DNA from: an uncultured Planctomycetota bacterium
Lineage (GTDB): Bacteria; Planctomycetota; PLA2; JAEUHO01
Length of the DNA: 64,000 nucleotides
Assembly (NCBI GenBank): GCA_963752285.1
Contig: CAVVXN010000002.1
Location: 320,001-384,000 of the forward strand
Reading direction: 5' to 3'
Shown here: in pieces, positions 9,507-19,386 of the stretch
Layout of the letters: each line of letters opens with the position of its first letter
Position numbering within the stretch: position 1 is the stretch's first letter
Notes under the pieces: model-generated
Databases searched by the model: none
What the model was told of the DNA's origin: nothing
What the model saw: the letters and a program-made list of their open reading frames with translations, nothing else
Position numbers and translations under genes: made by a program

Positions 9507-11509
9507 TCAGCGCCCCCCGGGCGGGATGCGCTCCAGGAGCCGCCGGGCGTCCTCGCGGAGCTCCTCCCACTCGGTGGCGTCGCCCGACCGGGACGCGAGC
9601 ACCTTCGTCTCGACCCGGTGTCGCGCCTCCTCGAGACGGCCGGCGGCGGCGTCGATGGAGGCCTCGAGGAGCGCCAGCCGCGCGTCCCGGTAGGCGTCGC
9701 CCCCGGCCCCCGCGTCGTAGCGGACCGCGCGCGCCTTCTCGAGGAGGGCGCGCGCACGCTCGACGTCGCCCGCTTCCGCGAGCGCCCGGCCGAGGTCCAC
9801 GCGGAGCGGGAACACGAGCAGGGCCATCTCGTCGGGCTCGAGGTCGCTCCGCTCGACCGCGTCGAGCGCCTCGTCGAGGTCGTGCCGCGCGCCCGCGAGG
9901 TCCCCGAGCCCGTGCATGCGCGCGTCGGCCCGGTTCGCGAGCGAGAGGAGACGATACCTCTCGGCGCGTCGTCCCCCCGGCCCGCGAGCGAGCGCGCGGC
10001 CTCGTCGAAGTCGTCGAGCGCTTCGCGCCAGCGCGCGGCGTCCTCGGGGCGTCGCACGGGCAGCCGCGCCTCGAGCGCGGTCGCCGCCTCGATGCCCCGG
10101 TCGAACGCGACCACGCCCCGCGCGACCGCGAGCTCGGTCGGCACGCGCACCGCCGTGACCAGCACCGCGAGCAGCACCCCCGCGGCGAACAGGCGGTGGA
10201 GTCCGCGCCGCCGTCGCTGGAAGCGCTCCCGCACCTCGGGGTCCGTCGCCCACGCGGCGACGTACGCCACGCGTTGGCTGATCGTCCCGTGGGTGTGGCT
10301 CCGCCCCTCGCCGGCCACGAGCCGCACGCGCTCGAGCGCGCGGATCATGCGCGTGGCGCCCGCGGGGATCGGGGCCGCGAGGCCCGGCACCCACAGGCTC
10401 TCGGGGCTCGGCTCCAGGTCCGCGGCGTGGTCCGCGCCGTACACGTCCGCTTCGCGTTCGAAGAACCGCGCGACGACGCCGAGGAGCACGAACCAGATGA
10501 ACAGCAGGTACACGCCGAGCCCGAGCTCCTCGGGCAGGCCCCACGCCTCGAAGACCGCGTCCAGCACGCCGAAGGCGAGCGCCGTGGACGCGAAGAGGAG
10601 GAGGAAGAGCGGGAGGTGGCGCTTCATCGCGTGGCCGGCCTCGTGGCTGAACACGGCGAGCACCTCCTCCTCGGGGAGGTGGTTCAGGAGCCCGTCCGTG
10701 ACGAAGATCGTCCGGGTGCCCGGCGTGAACCCGACGACCATCGCGTTCAGCATGCGCCCGTGGGTCCTCCAGACGACGATGTCCCGGTAGCGGAGGCCGA
10801 TCGCCGTCGCCTGCCGCTCGAGCAGGGCGCGCGTCGGCCCGGCCGGCATCGAGGTGGTCGAGAGGAGGCGGCGGAGCGCCCCGGGGAGCGCGAAGGAGAC
10901 GAGGGCGAGGACGACGATCGCGGTGGCGAGGCCGAGGATCGGCATCGCCTCGAACCACTGCGAGGCCTCCCGCATCCCCGGCACGCCCCAGTGCCCGAGC
11001 AGCCAGATCCCCTGGAGGACCCCCACGACGATCGGGAGCGGCGCGAGGAACAGCCCGTTTCGCGCCAGCCCCCGGCGGACCGACGCCCAGGGGCCGGGCG
11101 CGCCCCGTGCGGCGCCGCCGGGCGAGAGCGCCGAGGCGATCCGGCCCTGCGCGGCCCACTCGGCCGACCAGAGCACCGCCACGGGCAGGAAGAGGACGAC
11201 GTAGGGGAGCAGCCACGTCGTGCGCGGGAACGTGTCCACGACCCACGTCACCCAGTCGAACCCCTCGACGGCCGCGATCCAGGCCACGAGCGGCCAGACG
11301 CCGCTCAACCGCACCACCCGCCGTCGCCGCCCGTCCTCGGGGTTCTTGACGAGGCGGATCACCCGCTCCGCGGACAGCCACGAGAGGGCGACCCCGGCCA
11401 ACGTGGCGGCGACGGTCCCCGCGACCGCCCGCACGCCGTCGACGGGACCCGTCGAGGCCGAGGACAGCCCGAGGAAGAGCGCGACGAGGAGCGAGAGGTC
11501 GGGAAGCAA
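9507..11509 (-). CDS. M48 (Ste24/HtpX-like) membrane zinc metalloprotease with C-terminal TPR-like helices; reading frame broken near 9960-9980
   Basis: Multiple TM helices, NAMVVG, HEAGH, FEREAD, THGTISQR in one frame; TPR-like tail (RYRLLSLANRADAR...LGRALAEAGDVERARALLE) in the adjacent frame; TTG start 7 nt after TACAAT. Confidence 0.78.
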
Positions 11510-11686
11510 GGGGCGGATTGTAGGGCGTGGGGGCGCGGATCCTCCGGGCCGCCCCGGACACGACGCGATGTCGCGGCACGCGGGGTCGGGCGGTACCGTG
11601 GCGCGGCCCGAACGGGGTCCGTAGCCTCGGGCCCCCTCGCGCCGCGCGCCCGTGCGGTCCCGCGAGCGGCCCACGGGAGGAGTTCG

Positions 11687-12214
11687 ATGAGCGCAAACCT
11701 GGGCGCCACGCGCCGGAAGGTCCACCTCGTGCTCGACGTGAACGGCGATCGGCACGAGGCGGCCTTCGCGCCCCAGAAGACGCTGCTCGAGGTCCTCCGC
11801 GAGGACCTCGGTCTGACCGGGACCAAGCACGGCTGCGAGCTCGGCGAGTGCGGCACCTGCACGGTCCTCGTGGACGGGGAGCCGGTGCTGTCGTGCCTCG
11901 TCCTCGCGCTCGACTGCGCGAACCGGCGGATCGAGACGGTCGAGGGCCTCGCCGGGCCCGACGGCCTCCACCCCCTGCAGCGCGCGTTCGCCGAGCTCGG
12001 CGCCGCCCAGTGCGGCTACTGCACGCCCGGGTTCCTTCTCACCGCGAAGGCGCTGCTCGAGCGCGAGCCGGCGCCCTCGCGCGAGACGATCCGCGAGGAG
12101 CTGTCCGGCAACCTCTGCCGCTGCACCGGCTACCTCACGATCTTCGAGGCCGTCGAGCGCGCCGCGGCCGAGATGCGCGGCGAGGCCCCGTCCGCCACCG
12201 AGGAGGCCCGATGA
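11687..12214 (+). CDS. Xanthine-dehydrogenase-family 2x[2Fe-2S] small subunit (HcrC/CoxS-like)
   Basis: GCELGECGTC...SC and QCGYCTPG...NLCRCTGY; GGAGG SD. Confidence 0.95.
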   Translation: MSANLGATRRKVHLVLDVNGDRHEAAFAPQKTLLEVLREDLGLTGTKHGCELGECGTCTVLVDGEPVLSCLVLALDCANRRIETVEGLAGPDGLHPLQRAFAELGAAQCGYCTPGFLLTAKALLEREPAPSRETIREELSGNLCRCTGYLTIFEAVERAAAEMRGEAPSATEEAR

Positions 12215-14655
12215 GCGACGCGCGGCCCTTCCGGCTCGTGGGCCGGTCGCCGACGCGGGTGGACGGCCCCGCGAAGGTGACGGGCGAGACGCGCTTCGCC
12301 GACGACCTCTCCCTGCCGCGGATGCTGTACGCCAAGATCCTGCGTTCCTCCGTCGCACACGCGCGGATCCTCTCGATCGACACGAGCGAGGCGGAGGCGA
12401 TGGAGGGCGTCCAGGCCGTCCTTACCGGCCGCGACCTGCCCGTGTCCTTCGGCATCCTGCCCGTGTCGCAGGACGAGCACGCCCTGTCGATCGACCGCGT
12501 GCGGTTCGTGGGCGACCCCGTCGTGGCCGTCGCGGCGGTGGACGAGGACACGGCCTTCCGCGCGATCCAGCGGATCCAGGTCGAGACCGAGGAGATCCCC
12601 GCGGTCTACGACCCCGCCCGGGCGATTCGAAACGAGACCCCGCCGATCCACGACTACGGCGACGACGGCAACGTGCACAAGCGCGTGTCGATGTGCTTCG
12701 GGGACGTCGAGGGCGCGCTCGGCGCCGCGGACCTCGTGCTCGAGGACGTCTGCTTCTACGAGGGCAACACGCACCTGCCGATGGAGCAGCACGCCGCGCT
12801 CGCCGTGCGCGAGGCGGACGGACGGCTGACGATCTGGTCGTCCACCCAGACGCCGCACTACCTGCACCGCGCGCTCGCGCAGGTCCTCGGGATGCCGCCG
12901 TCGCGAATCCGGGTGGTCGCGTGCCCGAACGGCGGGGGCTTCGGCGGCAAGAGCGACCCCTTCAACCACGAGATCGTCGTGGCGAAGCTGGCCCTCCTCA
13001 CGAACCGCCCCGTCAAGATCACGCTCACGCGCGAGGAGGTCTTCTACTGCCACCGCGGACGCCATCCCGTGCACATGCGGATCCGGACGGGCTTCCGGAA
13101 GGACGGCTCGATCACGGGCATGCACTTCGAGAGCCTGCTCGACGGCGGCGCGTACGGCTCCTACGGCGTGGCGAGCACGTACTACACGGGCGCGCTCCAG
13201 ACCGTCACGTACCGGGTGCCCGCGTACCGCTTCGACGGCGTCCGCGTGTTCACGAACAAGGCGCCCTGCGGGCCGAAGCGCGGACACGGAACGCCCCAGC
13301 CCCGGTTCGCGCTCGAGGTGCAGCTCGACAAGGCCGCCGAGCAGCTCGGCCTCGACCCCGCCGAGATGCGGCTCTCCATGCTCCAGCCGCCCGACTCCGT
13401 CACGGCGAACTGGCTCCGGATCGGCTCGATGGGCCTCGGCGCGTGCATCGGGAAGGTGGTCGAGGGGAGCGGTTGGCGCGAGAAGCACCGGCGCCTCCCG
13501 CGCGGGCGCGGCGTGGGCCTGGCGTGCTCGTCGTACATCTGCGGGGCCGGTCTGCCCATCTACTGGAACGCGATGCCGCACAGCGGCGTGACCGTCGGGC
13601 TCGACCGTGGGGGCGGCGTCGCCGTGCTCTGCGGCGAGACCGAGATCGGGCAGGGCAGCGACACCGTGCTCGCGACGTGCGTGGCCGAGGTGCTCGGGGT
13701 GGACCTCGCGGACGTCCGCCTCCTCGTGGCCGACACCGCGCTCACGCCCGTGGACCTCGGCTCCTACAGCAGCCGCGTCACGCTGATGGTGGGGAACGCC
13801 GCGATCCAGGCCGCGACGCGCGCGCGGGACGTCCTCGCCCGGGCCGCCGCGGCGCGTCTCGAGGTGCCCGAGGCCCGGCTCGTCTTCGCCGACGGCCGGG
13901 TGTTCGACGCGGAGGACCCGGAGCGCGGCCTCGCCTTCGACGAGGCGGTCCGACTGGCCGAGGCGCAGCACGGCACGCTCGCCTTCGCGGGCTCGTACAC
14001 GCCCCCGCGCTCGCCCGGCCGCTACCGCGGGGCCGGCGTCGGGCCCTCCCCCGCCTACTCGTACACGGCCGCGGTGGTCGAGATCGAGGCCGACGAGGAC
14101 ACCGGCGAGATCCGCGTGGACCACGTGTGGATCGCGCACGACGTCGGTCGGGCGATCAACCGCGCGCTCGTCCGCGGCCAGGTGGAGGGCGGCGTCTACA
14201 TGGGCCTCGGCGAGGCCCTGATGGAGGAGATGACGTATCGGCCGGGGCGCTTCGGCGTCCACAAGATCCCGTCGCTCCTCGAGTACAAGAGCCCGACGAC
14301 CCTGGAGATGCCCGACGTCACGACGTACCTCGTCGAGGACCCCGACCCGAACGGTCCCTTCGGCGCGAAGGAGGTCGGCCAGGGTCCGCTCCTTCCGATC
14401 ATGCCCGCCGTCGCGAACGCGCTCTACGACGCGCTCGGCGTGCGCGTGGACGAGGTGCCCATCACCCCGGACAAGGTGCTCCGGGCCCTCGATGCGCCGA
14501 ATCGCCGCGCCGGGCCGCGGAGCTACCCGGACCTCCGGATCACCGAGACGATGCGCGTGAAGACCCGGGAGGAGGGCGGCGACGGGACCGCGCCGAGGCC
14601 CGAGAAGCCGACGGGCCAGAGCGGGAAGCCCGCGCCGGAGGCGGCCTCGCGATGA
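12211..14655 (+). CDS. Xanthine-dehydrogenase-family molybdopterin-binding large subunit (HcrA-like)
   Basis: KVTG..FADD, GGGFGGK, KRGHGTPQ, EIGQG, YSSRVT, GQVEGG, GPFGAKEVGQG; ATGA overlap with the small subunit. Confidence 0.93.
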   Translation: MSDARPFRLVGRSPTRVDGPAKVTGETRFADDLSLPRMLYAKILRSSVAHARILSIDTSEAEAMEGVQAVLTGRDLPVSFGILPVSQDEHALSIDRVRFVGDPVVAVAAVDEDTAFRAIQRIQVETEEIPAVYDPARAIRNETPPIHDYGDDGNVHKRVSMCFGDVEGALGAADLVLEDVCFYEGNTHLPMEQHAALAVREADGRLTIWSSTQTPHYLHRALAQVLGMPPSRIRVVACPNGGGFGGKSDPFNHEIVVAKLALLTNRPVKITLTREEVFYCHRGRHPVHMRIRTGFRKDGSITGMHFESLLDGGAYGSYGVASTYYTGALQTVTYRVPAYRFDGVRVFTNKAPCGPKRGHGTPQPRFALEVQLDKAAEQLGLDPAEMRLSMLQPPDSVTANWLRIGSMGLGACIGKVVEGSGWREKHRRLPRGRGVGLACSSYICGAGLPIYWNAMPHSGVTVGLDRGGGVAVLCGETEIGQGSDTVLATCVAEVLGVDLADVRLLVADTALTPVDLGSYSSRVTLMVGNAAIQAATRARDVLARAAAARLEVPEARLVFADGRVFDAEDPERGLAFDEAVRLAEAQHGTLAFAGSYTPPRSPGRYRGAGVGPSPAYSYTAAVVEIEADEDTGEIRVDHVWIAHDVGRAINRALVRGQVEGGVYMGLGEALMEEMTYRPGRFGVHKIPSLLEYKSPTTLEMPDVTTYLVEDPDPNGPFGAKEVGQGPLLPIMPAVANALYDALGVRVDEVPITPDKVLRALDAPNRRAGPRSYPDLRITETMRVKTREEGGDGTAPRPEKPTGQSGKPAPEAASR

Positions 14656-15629
14656 TGCGCCTCCCGCTCTTCACGTACCGCGCGCCGACGACGCTCGACG
14701 AGACGATCCGCATCCTCGCGGGCGAAGGCCCCGGCGCCATGATCGTGGCCGGCGGGACCGACCTCTGGCCGAACATGAAGCGGCGTCACCAGACGCCCGC
14801 GACCGTGGTCTCGGTCCGTCGCATCCAGCGTCTCAAGGGCCGTGCGCGGTCCGACGACGGCGCGTGGCGCCTCGGCGCGGGCGAGTCGCTCCGTGCGCTC
14901 GAGCGGGATCCCGCGCTCCGAACCGACGCCCCGGCGCTCGTGGACGCCGTGCGCTCGATCAGCACGCCGATCCTCCGCAACATGGCGACGATCGGCGGGA
15001 ACGTCTGCCTGGACACGCGCTGCAACTACTACGACCAGACGTGGGAGTGGCGGCGCGGCGTCCGCTTCTGCATGAAGTGCGAGGGGGACGTCTGCTGGAC
15101 CGCGCCCGGCAGCGACCGCTGCTGGGCCGTCAACTCGTCCGACTCCGTGCCGGTCCTCGTCGCCCTCGGGGCGCGCGCCCTCCTCGTCGGTCCGGACGGC
15201 GAGCGCGAGGTCCCCTTCGAGGACCTGTTCCGGGACGACGGGATCGACTACCTCACGAAGAAGAAGGACGAGGTGCTCGTGGACCTCGCGCTGCCCGCCC
15301 CCGGCGCCGGCCGGGCGGCGTACCGGAAGGTCCGCCGGCGCGGTGCGTTCGACTTCCCGGTGGCCGCGGTCGCCGTGTGGCTCTCGATGGACGGCGAGCG
15401 CGTCGCCGAGGCGCGGATCGTCCTGAACGCGGTGGGCTCGGCGCCGGTCCGGAGCGCCGACGCCGAGGCCGTTCTCGTCGGGCAGGCGCTCGGGGACGAG
15501 GTGATCGAGGAGGCCGCGCGCCTGGCCGGGCGGCCCGCGAAGCCGCTCGACAACACGGACCACCTCCACACGTGGCGAAAGAAGATGATCCGCGTGGAGA
15601 CCCGGCGGGCGCTCGCGTCCCTCCGCTGA
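14652..15629 (+). CDS. FAD-binding medium subunit with [4Fe-4S] insert (HcrB/PaoB-like)
   Basis: AGGTDL, RNMATIGGN, Cys-rich insert CLDTRCNYY...CMKCEGDVC...RC, RRGAFDF. Confidence 0.92.
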   Translation: MMRLPLFTYRAPTTLDETIRILAGEGPGAMIVAGGTDLWPNMKRRHQTPATVVSVRRIQRLKGRARSDDGAWRLGAGESLRALERDPALRTDAPALVDAVRSISTPILRNMATIGGNVCLDTRCNYYDQTWEWRRGVRFCMKCEGDVCWTAPGSDRCWAVNSSDSVPVLVALGARALLVGPDGEREVPFEDLFRDDGIDYLTKKKDEVLVDLALPAPGAGRAAYRKVRRRGAFDFPVAAVAVWLSMDGERVAEARIVLNAVGSAPVRSADAEAVLVGQALGDEVIEEAARLAGRPAKPLDNTDHLHTWRKKMIRVETRRALASLR

Positions 15630-15650
15630 GCCCTCCGCGGGGACCTCGCC

Positions 15651-16952
15651 TCAGCGGCCCGTGCCCGCCGCCTCGCGACGGAGGTCCGGCAGCGCGGCGC
15701 GCGCGCGCTCCGCGGCCTCGCTGTCCGGCGCCTCCTCGACGATCTTCTCGTACTGGCGGATCGCCTCCGCCGCGTCGTCGCGCCCGTACGCGAGCTCGGC
15801 GAGCAGCGCGCGCGCGTCGATCGCCGGCGCGGTCTTCGGCGCGAGCCTGACGGCGGCCTCCGCCTCGGTCCGCGCGGCGGCGAGGTCGTTCGCGCGCACC
15901 GCGGCGCGTGCGAGGAGAAGGTGCGCGCGGGCCGCGCTCCCGCCCTCGGCGAGGTGCGCCACCACCCATCGCAGCTCCTCGTCCGCGCCCGCCTCGTCGT
16001 GGTGGTCACGCAGGAGGTCGGCGACCACGAGACGGACCTGAGCCTCGCCCTCGCGTCGCCCCGCGTCGGCTTCGGCCTTCCGAAGCGCCTCGAGGCGCTC
16101 GAGCCGGCCCCGGTAGAGGGTCTCGCCGTCGGACGCCCCCTCGAGGTCCATGGTCGCGCGCCGGACGAGCCAGGCGACGCGGTCGGGATGGTCGGGCCAT
16201 CGCTGGAGCAAGAGGTCGAGCGCGCGGCGCTCGAGCGCGGGGTCCCGCGCCTTTGCCGCGAGGGCCACGACCTGCTCCCACAGCCCGGGCGAGGGCGAGC
16301 GTTCGGCGACGCGGAGCATCGTCTCGGCGGCCGACCGGGGATCGCTCCGCTCGAGGTAGAGCAACGCGAGGCGCTGGAGCGACTCCGCGCTGTCCTCGTG
16401 GCGGAGCGACGCCTCCCGTTCCCGGAACGCCCGGTTCTCGACCTCCGCGCGCTCGAGGTCGCGGACGAGCGCCGCCGTGTCGGGGAACCCGTCGGCGAGG
16501 AGGTCCCGGACCACGACCTGCCCGTCGGCGGTCAACACCAAGAGCGCCGGGAAGCCCTCGACGTCGTACCGATCGAGGAACGACTTCGCCGCGGGCGTCT
16601 CGTCCTCGCCCCCGAGGACGCGGACCGCCACCCAGCGGTCGGAGAGCACGCGGCTGTCCGGCTTCGAGAACACGTCGCGCTCGAGCCGTGCGCAGCCCGG
16701 ACAGAACGGTCGGTGGCGCCCCACGTAGACGAAGAGGAGGCGGTCGGGCCCGCCCGCGCGGGCGGCGCCCGCGGCGAAGCCGTCCACGAAGCGGACGCCG
16801 GGCGTCTCCGCGCCGGCCGGCTCGTCCGCGCGCGCATCGAGCGCCCCCGCGAGGAGGGCGAGCGCGCCGAGGATCGCCGCCAACGCCCGGCGCTCCGCGT
16901 GGCGCGCGCCACGGGCGGGCTCGGCGGTCGGTCGAGGCGTGCGCGTCGGCAC
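15651..16952 (-). CDS. Exported thioredoxin-fold (CPGC) + TPR protein
   Basis: Signal peptide ending ARA, FCPGC, YDVEGFP (cis-Pro loop), followed by TPR-like helical repeats. Confidence 0.75.
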   Translation of the reverse strand: MPTRTPRPTAEPARGARHAERRALAAILGALALLAGALDARADEPAGAETPGVRFVDGFAAGAARAGGPDRLLFVYVGRHRPFCPGCARLERDVFSKPDSRVLSDRWVAVRVLGGEDETPAAKSFLDRYDVEGFPALLVLTADGQVVVRDLLADGFPDTAALVRDLERAEVENRAFREREASLRHEDSAESLQRLALLYLERSDPRSAAETMLRVAERSPSPGLWEQVVALAAKARDPALERRALDLLLQRWPDHPDRVAWLVRRATMDLEGASDGETLYRGRLERLEALRKAEADAGRREGEAQVRLVVADLLRDHHDEAGADEELRWVVAHLAEGGSAARAHLLLARAAVRANDLAAARTEAEAAVRLAPKTAPAIDARALLAELAYGRDDAAEAIRQYEKIVEEAPDSEAAERARAALPDLRREAAGTGR

Positions 16953-16979
16953 GGAGGCTCCGGGGGCGACCTCCCGATC

Positions 16980-17741
16980 CTACGGGCGGCCGCCGGCGAG
17001 GTCCTCCGGCGGCTCGCTCTCGAGGACGAGCGTCCGGCCGGTCCTGGGGTGGGGGAGGCGGAGCGACGTGACGTGCGCGGCGAGGGGGCGGCGGCCCTCG
17101 GGTCCGCGGCCGGGGCGGACCGCCGGCCCCGCGCCCGAAGCCTGGAGGCGGGCGACCGCCCCCGCGGACCCCACCGCGCCGACCCGCTCCGAGCGCACGT
17201 CCCCGGGGGCGGCGCCGCAGGCGAGGTAGCGGAGGCGGAGCTGCGCCTGGCCCTCGAGAAAGGCCGCCTCCACGCGTCGCCCCGCGTCGGAGGACAGCGT
17301 GGCGAGAACGATCCCGCCGACCCGCTCGTCCGGCGGGGGGAAGAGGGCGGGCTCGAGCCGGGCGCCCGTGAGGCCCGCCCGGTCGAGCGACGACCGGACC
17401 CGGGCCACGAGCTCGCCGTCCGCGACCGGGAGGGGCGCGTGCTCCACGACGAGGACGTGGCGGTCGAGGTGGAGGACCGGGAGCGGAAGCGACCGGGGCT
17501 CGTGACCTGCGGCTCCCCGCCCGTCCGGCGGCCACAGGCCGAGGTCCACGCGGGACCCGGCCGGCGGGACCGAGCGGGCGTCCCGCTCGACCCGCCCCTC
17601 CACGCGCACGGCGCCGGCCTCGATCCAGCCGGCGAGTCGTCGGCGCGACGGGGGGATCCCCTCGCGACCCAGCGCCGCGCGGAGCAGGTCGAGCAGGGGC
17701 TCCGTCCCCGTCGCCTCGAGCTGGACCTCGGCCGGGTTCAT
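16980..17741 (-). CDS. Degenerate S4 + RluA-like pseudouridine-synthase-fold protein
   Basis: S4-like SRRRLAGWIEAGAVRVEG, VLHLDRHVLVV, C-terminal H...LRLPHPRTGRTLVLESEPP; HRLD motif replaced by PPPD. Confidence 0.6.
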   Translation of the reverse strand: MNPAEVQLEATGTEPLLDLLRAALGREGIPPSRRRLAGWIEAGAVRVEGRVERDARSVPPAGSRVDLGLWPPDGRGAAGHEPRSLPLPVLHLDRHVLVVEHAPLPVADGELVARVRSSLDRAGLTGARLEPALFPPPDERVGGIVLATLSSDAGRRVEAAFLEGQAQLRLRYLACGAAPGDVRSERVGAVGSAGAVARLQASGAGPAVRPGRGPEGRRPLAAHVTSLRLPHPRTGRTLVLESEPPEDLAGGRP

Positions 17742-17885
17742 CCCGGGAAGCGTAGCGACCCCCTCCCCCCACGCCCGAGGGGAAGGACCGGAGTCCTATT
17801 CACGTGTTGCCAGAATCTTCAGGTGGGGTAGGGTCCCGGCGGACGAGTGGATGGACCGTGGTGGGGGGCCTGCGGAGAGCAGGTC

Positions 17886-19238
17886 ATGCCCCTACAGAAG
17901 CCGAACCGCCGCGACCGGGGCGCCGCCCTGATCATGGCGCTCATGACCTGCATGCTCGTGGGCGGCATCATCGTCGCCTCGACGGGCGAGATGTCCGCGA
18001 TGACGCGGGCCACGGAGGTGGAGTTCCAGGCCGAGGCGCAGTCCCGGAGCCTCGCGGAAGCGGGGCTCGTGGACGGCTACGCGTGGCTCCGGCGCCAGAC
18101 GGTCCAGCCCGTGGCGACCTTCGCCCCGCGGCGCGACCTCTCGGCGAACCCCCCCGTCAACGAGACCGACGACCCCTCGCTCGGCCTCGTCCGCGAGTTC
18201 GAGATCTCGCGCGGCCTCTGGGGCCGCTACGTGGTGACGCCCGGCGCCCCGCCGGAGCCCTTCACCGACGACAACGGCGACGGCTCCTGGCAGGAGGGCG
18301 AGGCGTACACCGACGTGGACGGCAACGACCGCTGGTCGCCCGGACACGGCACGCGCGACGTCACGAAGGAGCGCGGCCTCCCCGGCGTCGGCGCGGTCTG
18401 GCTCGTCGAGTCCACCGGGATGGTGTTCCGCCGTCCCCGCGCGGACCTTCCCCTCGACCAGGGCCCGAACGTCCGTCTCTCGAGCTCGAGGGTGGCCAGC
18501 GAGATCCGGCGGCTGACGATCGCGCCGCCGGCCCAGTCGGCGATCTGCGCGACGCGCGGCAGCAACGTGACGATCGGCAACCGCGGTCGTCTCCGCGGCT
18601 CGGTCACGGGCATCACCTACGCCACGTCGACGGGCACGCCGTACCTTCAGTCGGGATCCGAGGTCCTCACGCCTACGAAGTACGCCAGCATCCCGTCCTT
18701 CGGCGCGGGCGTCGAGGACGTGTTCGGCGTGGACCTCGCCCAGCTCAAGTCGATGGCGGACCTCAGCACCGCGGCCGGCGTGGACGGCCTGCCCTCGCAG
18801 CTCCCGGACTTCAGCCTGGTCGTCGTGGACGGCGACGTGACCTTCGGGGCGACCCACCCCCTGCGCGGCACCGGCGTGCTGGTGGTCAACGGCGACCTCA
18901 CCATCGGGGACGGCTCGAACTCCTTCTTCAACGGGGTGATCCACGTCTCCGGCAACCTCACCGTGCGTGCTCCCGCGTACCTCCGGGGCACGATCGTCGT
19001 GGAGGGGAAGGTCACCGTCTCGGGCACGGGCGGCGACTACGCCGAGATCGAGCACGACCCCGACATCATCAGCCGCCTCCTCACCGTGATGGGGCAGTAC
19101 CGCCTCTCGAAGGCGACGTACCAGCCCGGGCGTGTGACGCCCGACGGACGTCCCTACCTCTCGATCGGGCCGGAGGCCACCGACCGCAAGTCGGGGCTCC
19201 TGTCGATCCTCCGTGGCCTCCTCGGCCGCCTGCTGTGA
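17886..19238 (+). CDS. PilX/GspK-like minor pilin with Ca-binding repeats and beta-helix-like C-terminus (copy 1)
   Basis: RG|AALIMAL hydrophobic class-III-like N-terminus without Glu5; LAEAGL; EPFTDDNGDG/YTDVDGND repeats; VVDGDVTF/VVNGDLTI/VSGNLTV repeats. Confidence 0.75.
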   Translation: MPLQKPNRRDRGAALIMALMTCMLVGGIIVASTGEMSAMTRATEVEFQAEAQSRSLAEAGLVDGYAWLRRQTVQPVATFAPRRDLSANPPVNETDDPSLGLVREFEISRGLWGRYVVTPGAPPEPFTDDNGDGSWQEGEAYTDVDGNDRWSPGHGTRDVTKERGLPGVGAVWLVESTGMVFRRPRADLPLDQGPNVRLSSSRVASEIRRLTIAPPAQSAICATRGSNVTIGNRGRLRGSVTGITYATSTGTPYLQSGSEVLTPTKYASIPSFGAGVEDVFGVDLAQLKSMADLSTAAGVDGLPSQLPDFSLVVVDGDVTFGATHPLRGTGVLVVNGDLTIGDGSNSFFNGVIHVSGNLTVRAPAYLRGTIVVEGKVTVSGTGGDYAEIEHDPDIISRLLTVMGQYRLSKATYQPGRVTPDGRPYLSIGPEATDRKSGLLSILRGLLGRLL

Positions 19239-19386
19239 CGAGCGAAGGTTGAAGGAAGGGTTGGCTTCTCCCTCGCGCCGCGCTCATCTCGCCGGAGCCC
19301 GCCCGCCGATAGGGGGTCGCGTGCTCCGGCGCCGGACGGCTCCGGGCCGGGGACGGGGTGTGCCCGGAGGACGAAGGAGCCCGGCC

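Noticed and set aside
11687..15629. Aerobic CO dehydrogenase (coxMSL)
   Set aside because: The large subunit lacks the AYxCSFR motif (has PCGPKRGHG), and gene order and the 4Fe-4S insert differ
19303..19310. Sigma-28-like -10 element GCCGATAG before the second PilX-like gene
   Set aside because: No convincing -35 (TAAA) at the proper spacing; a single GC-rich match could be chance
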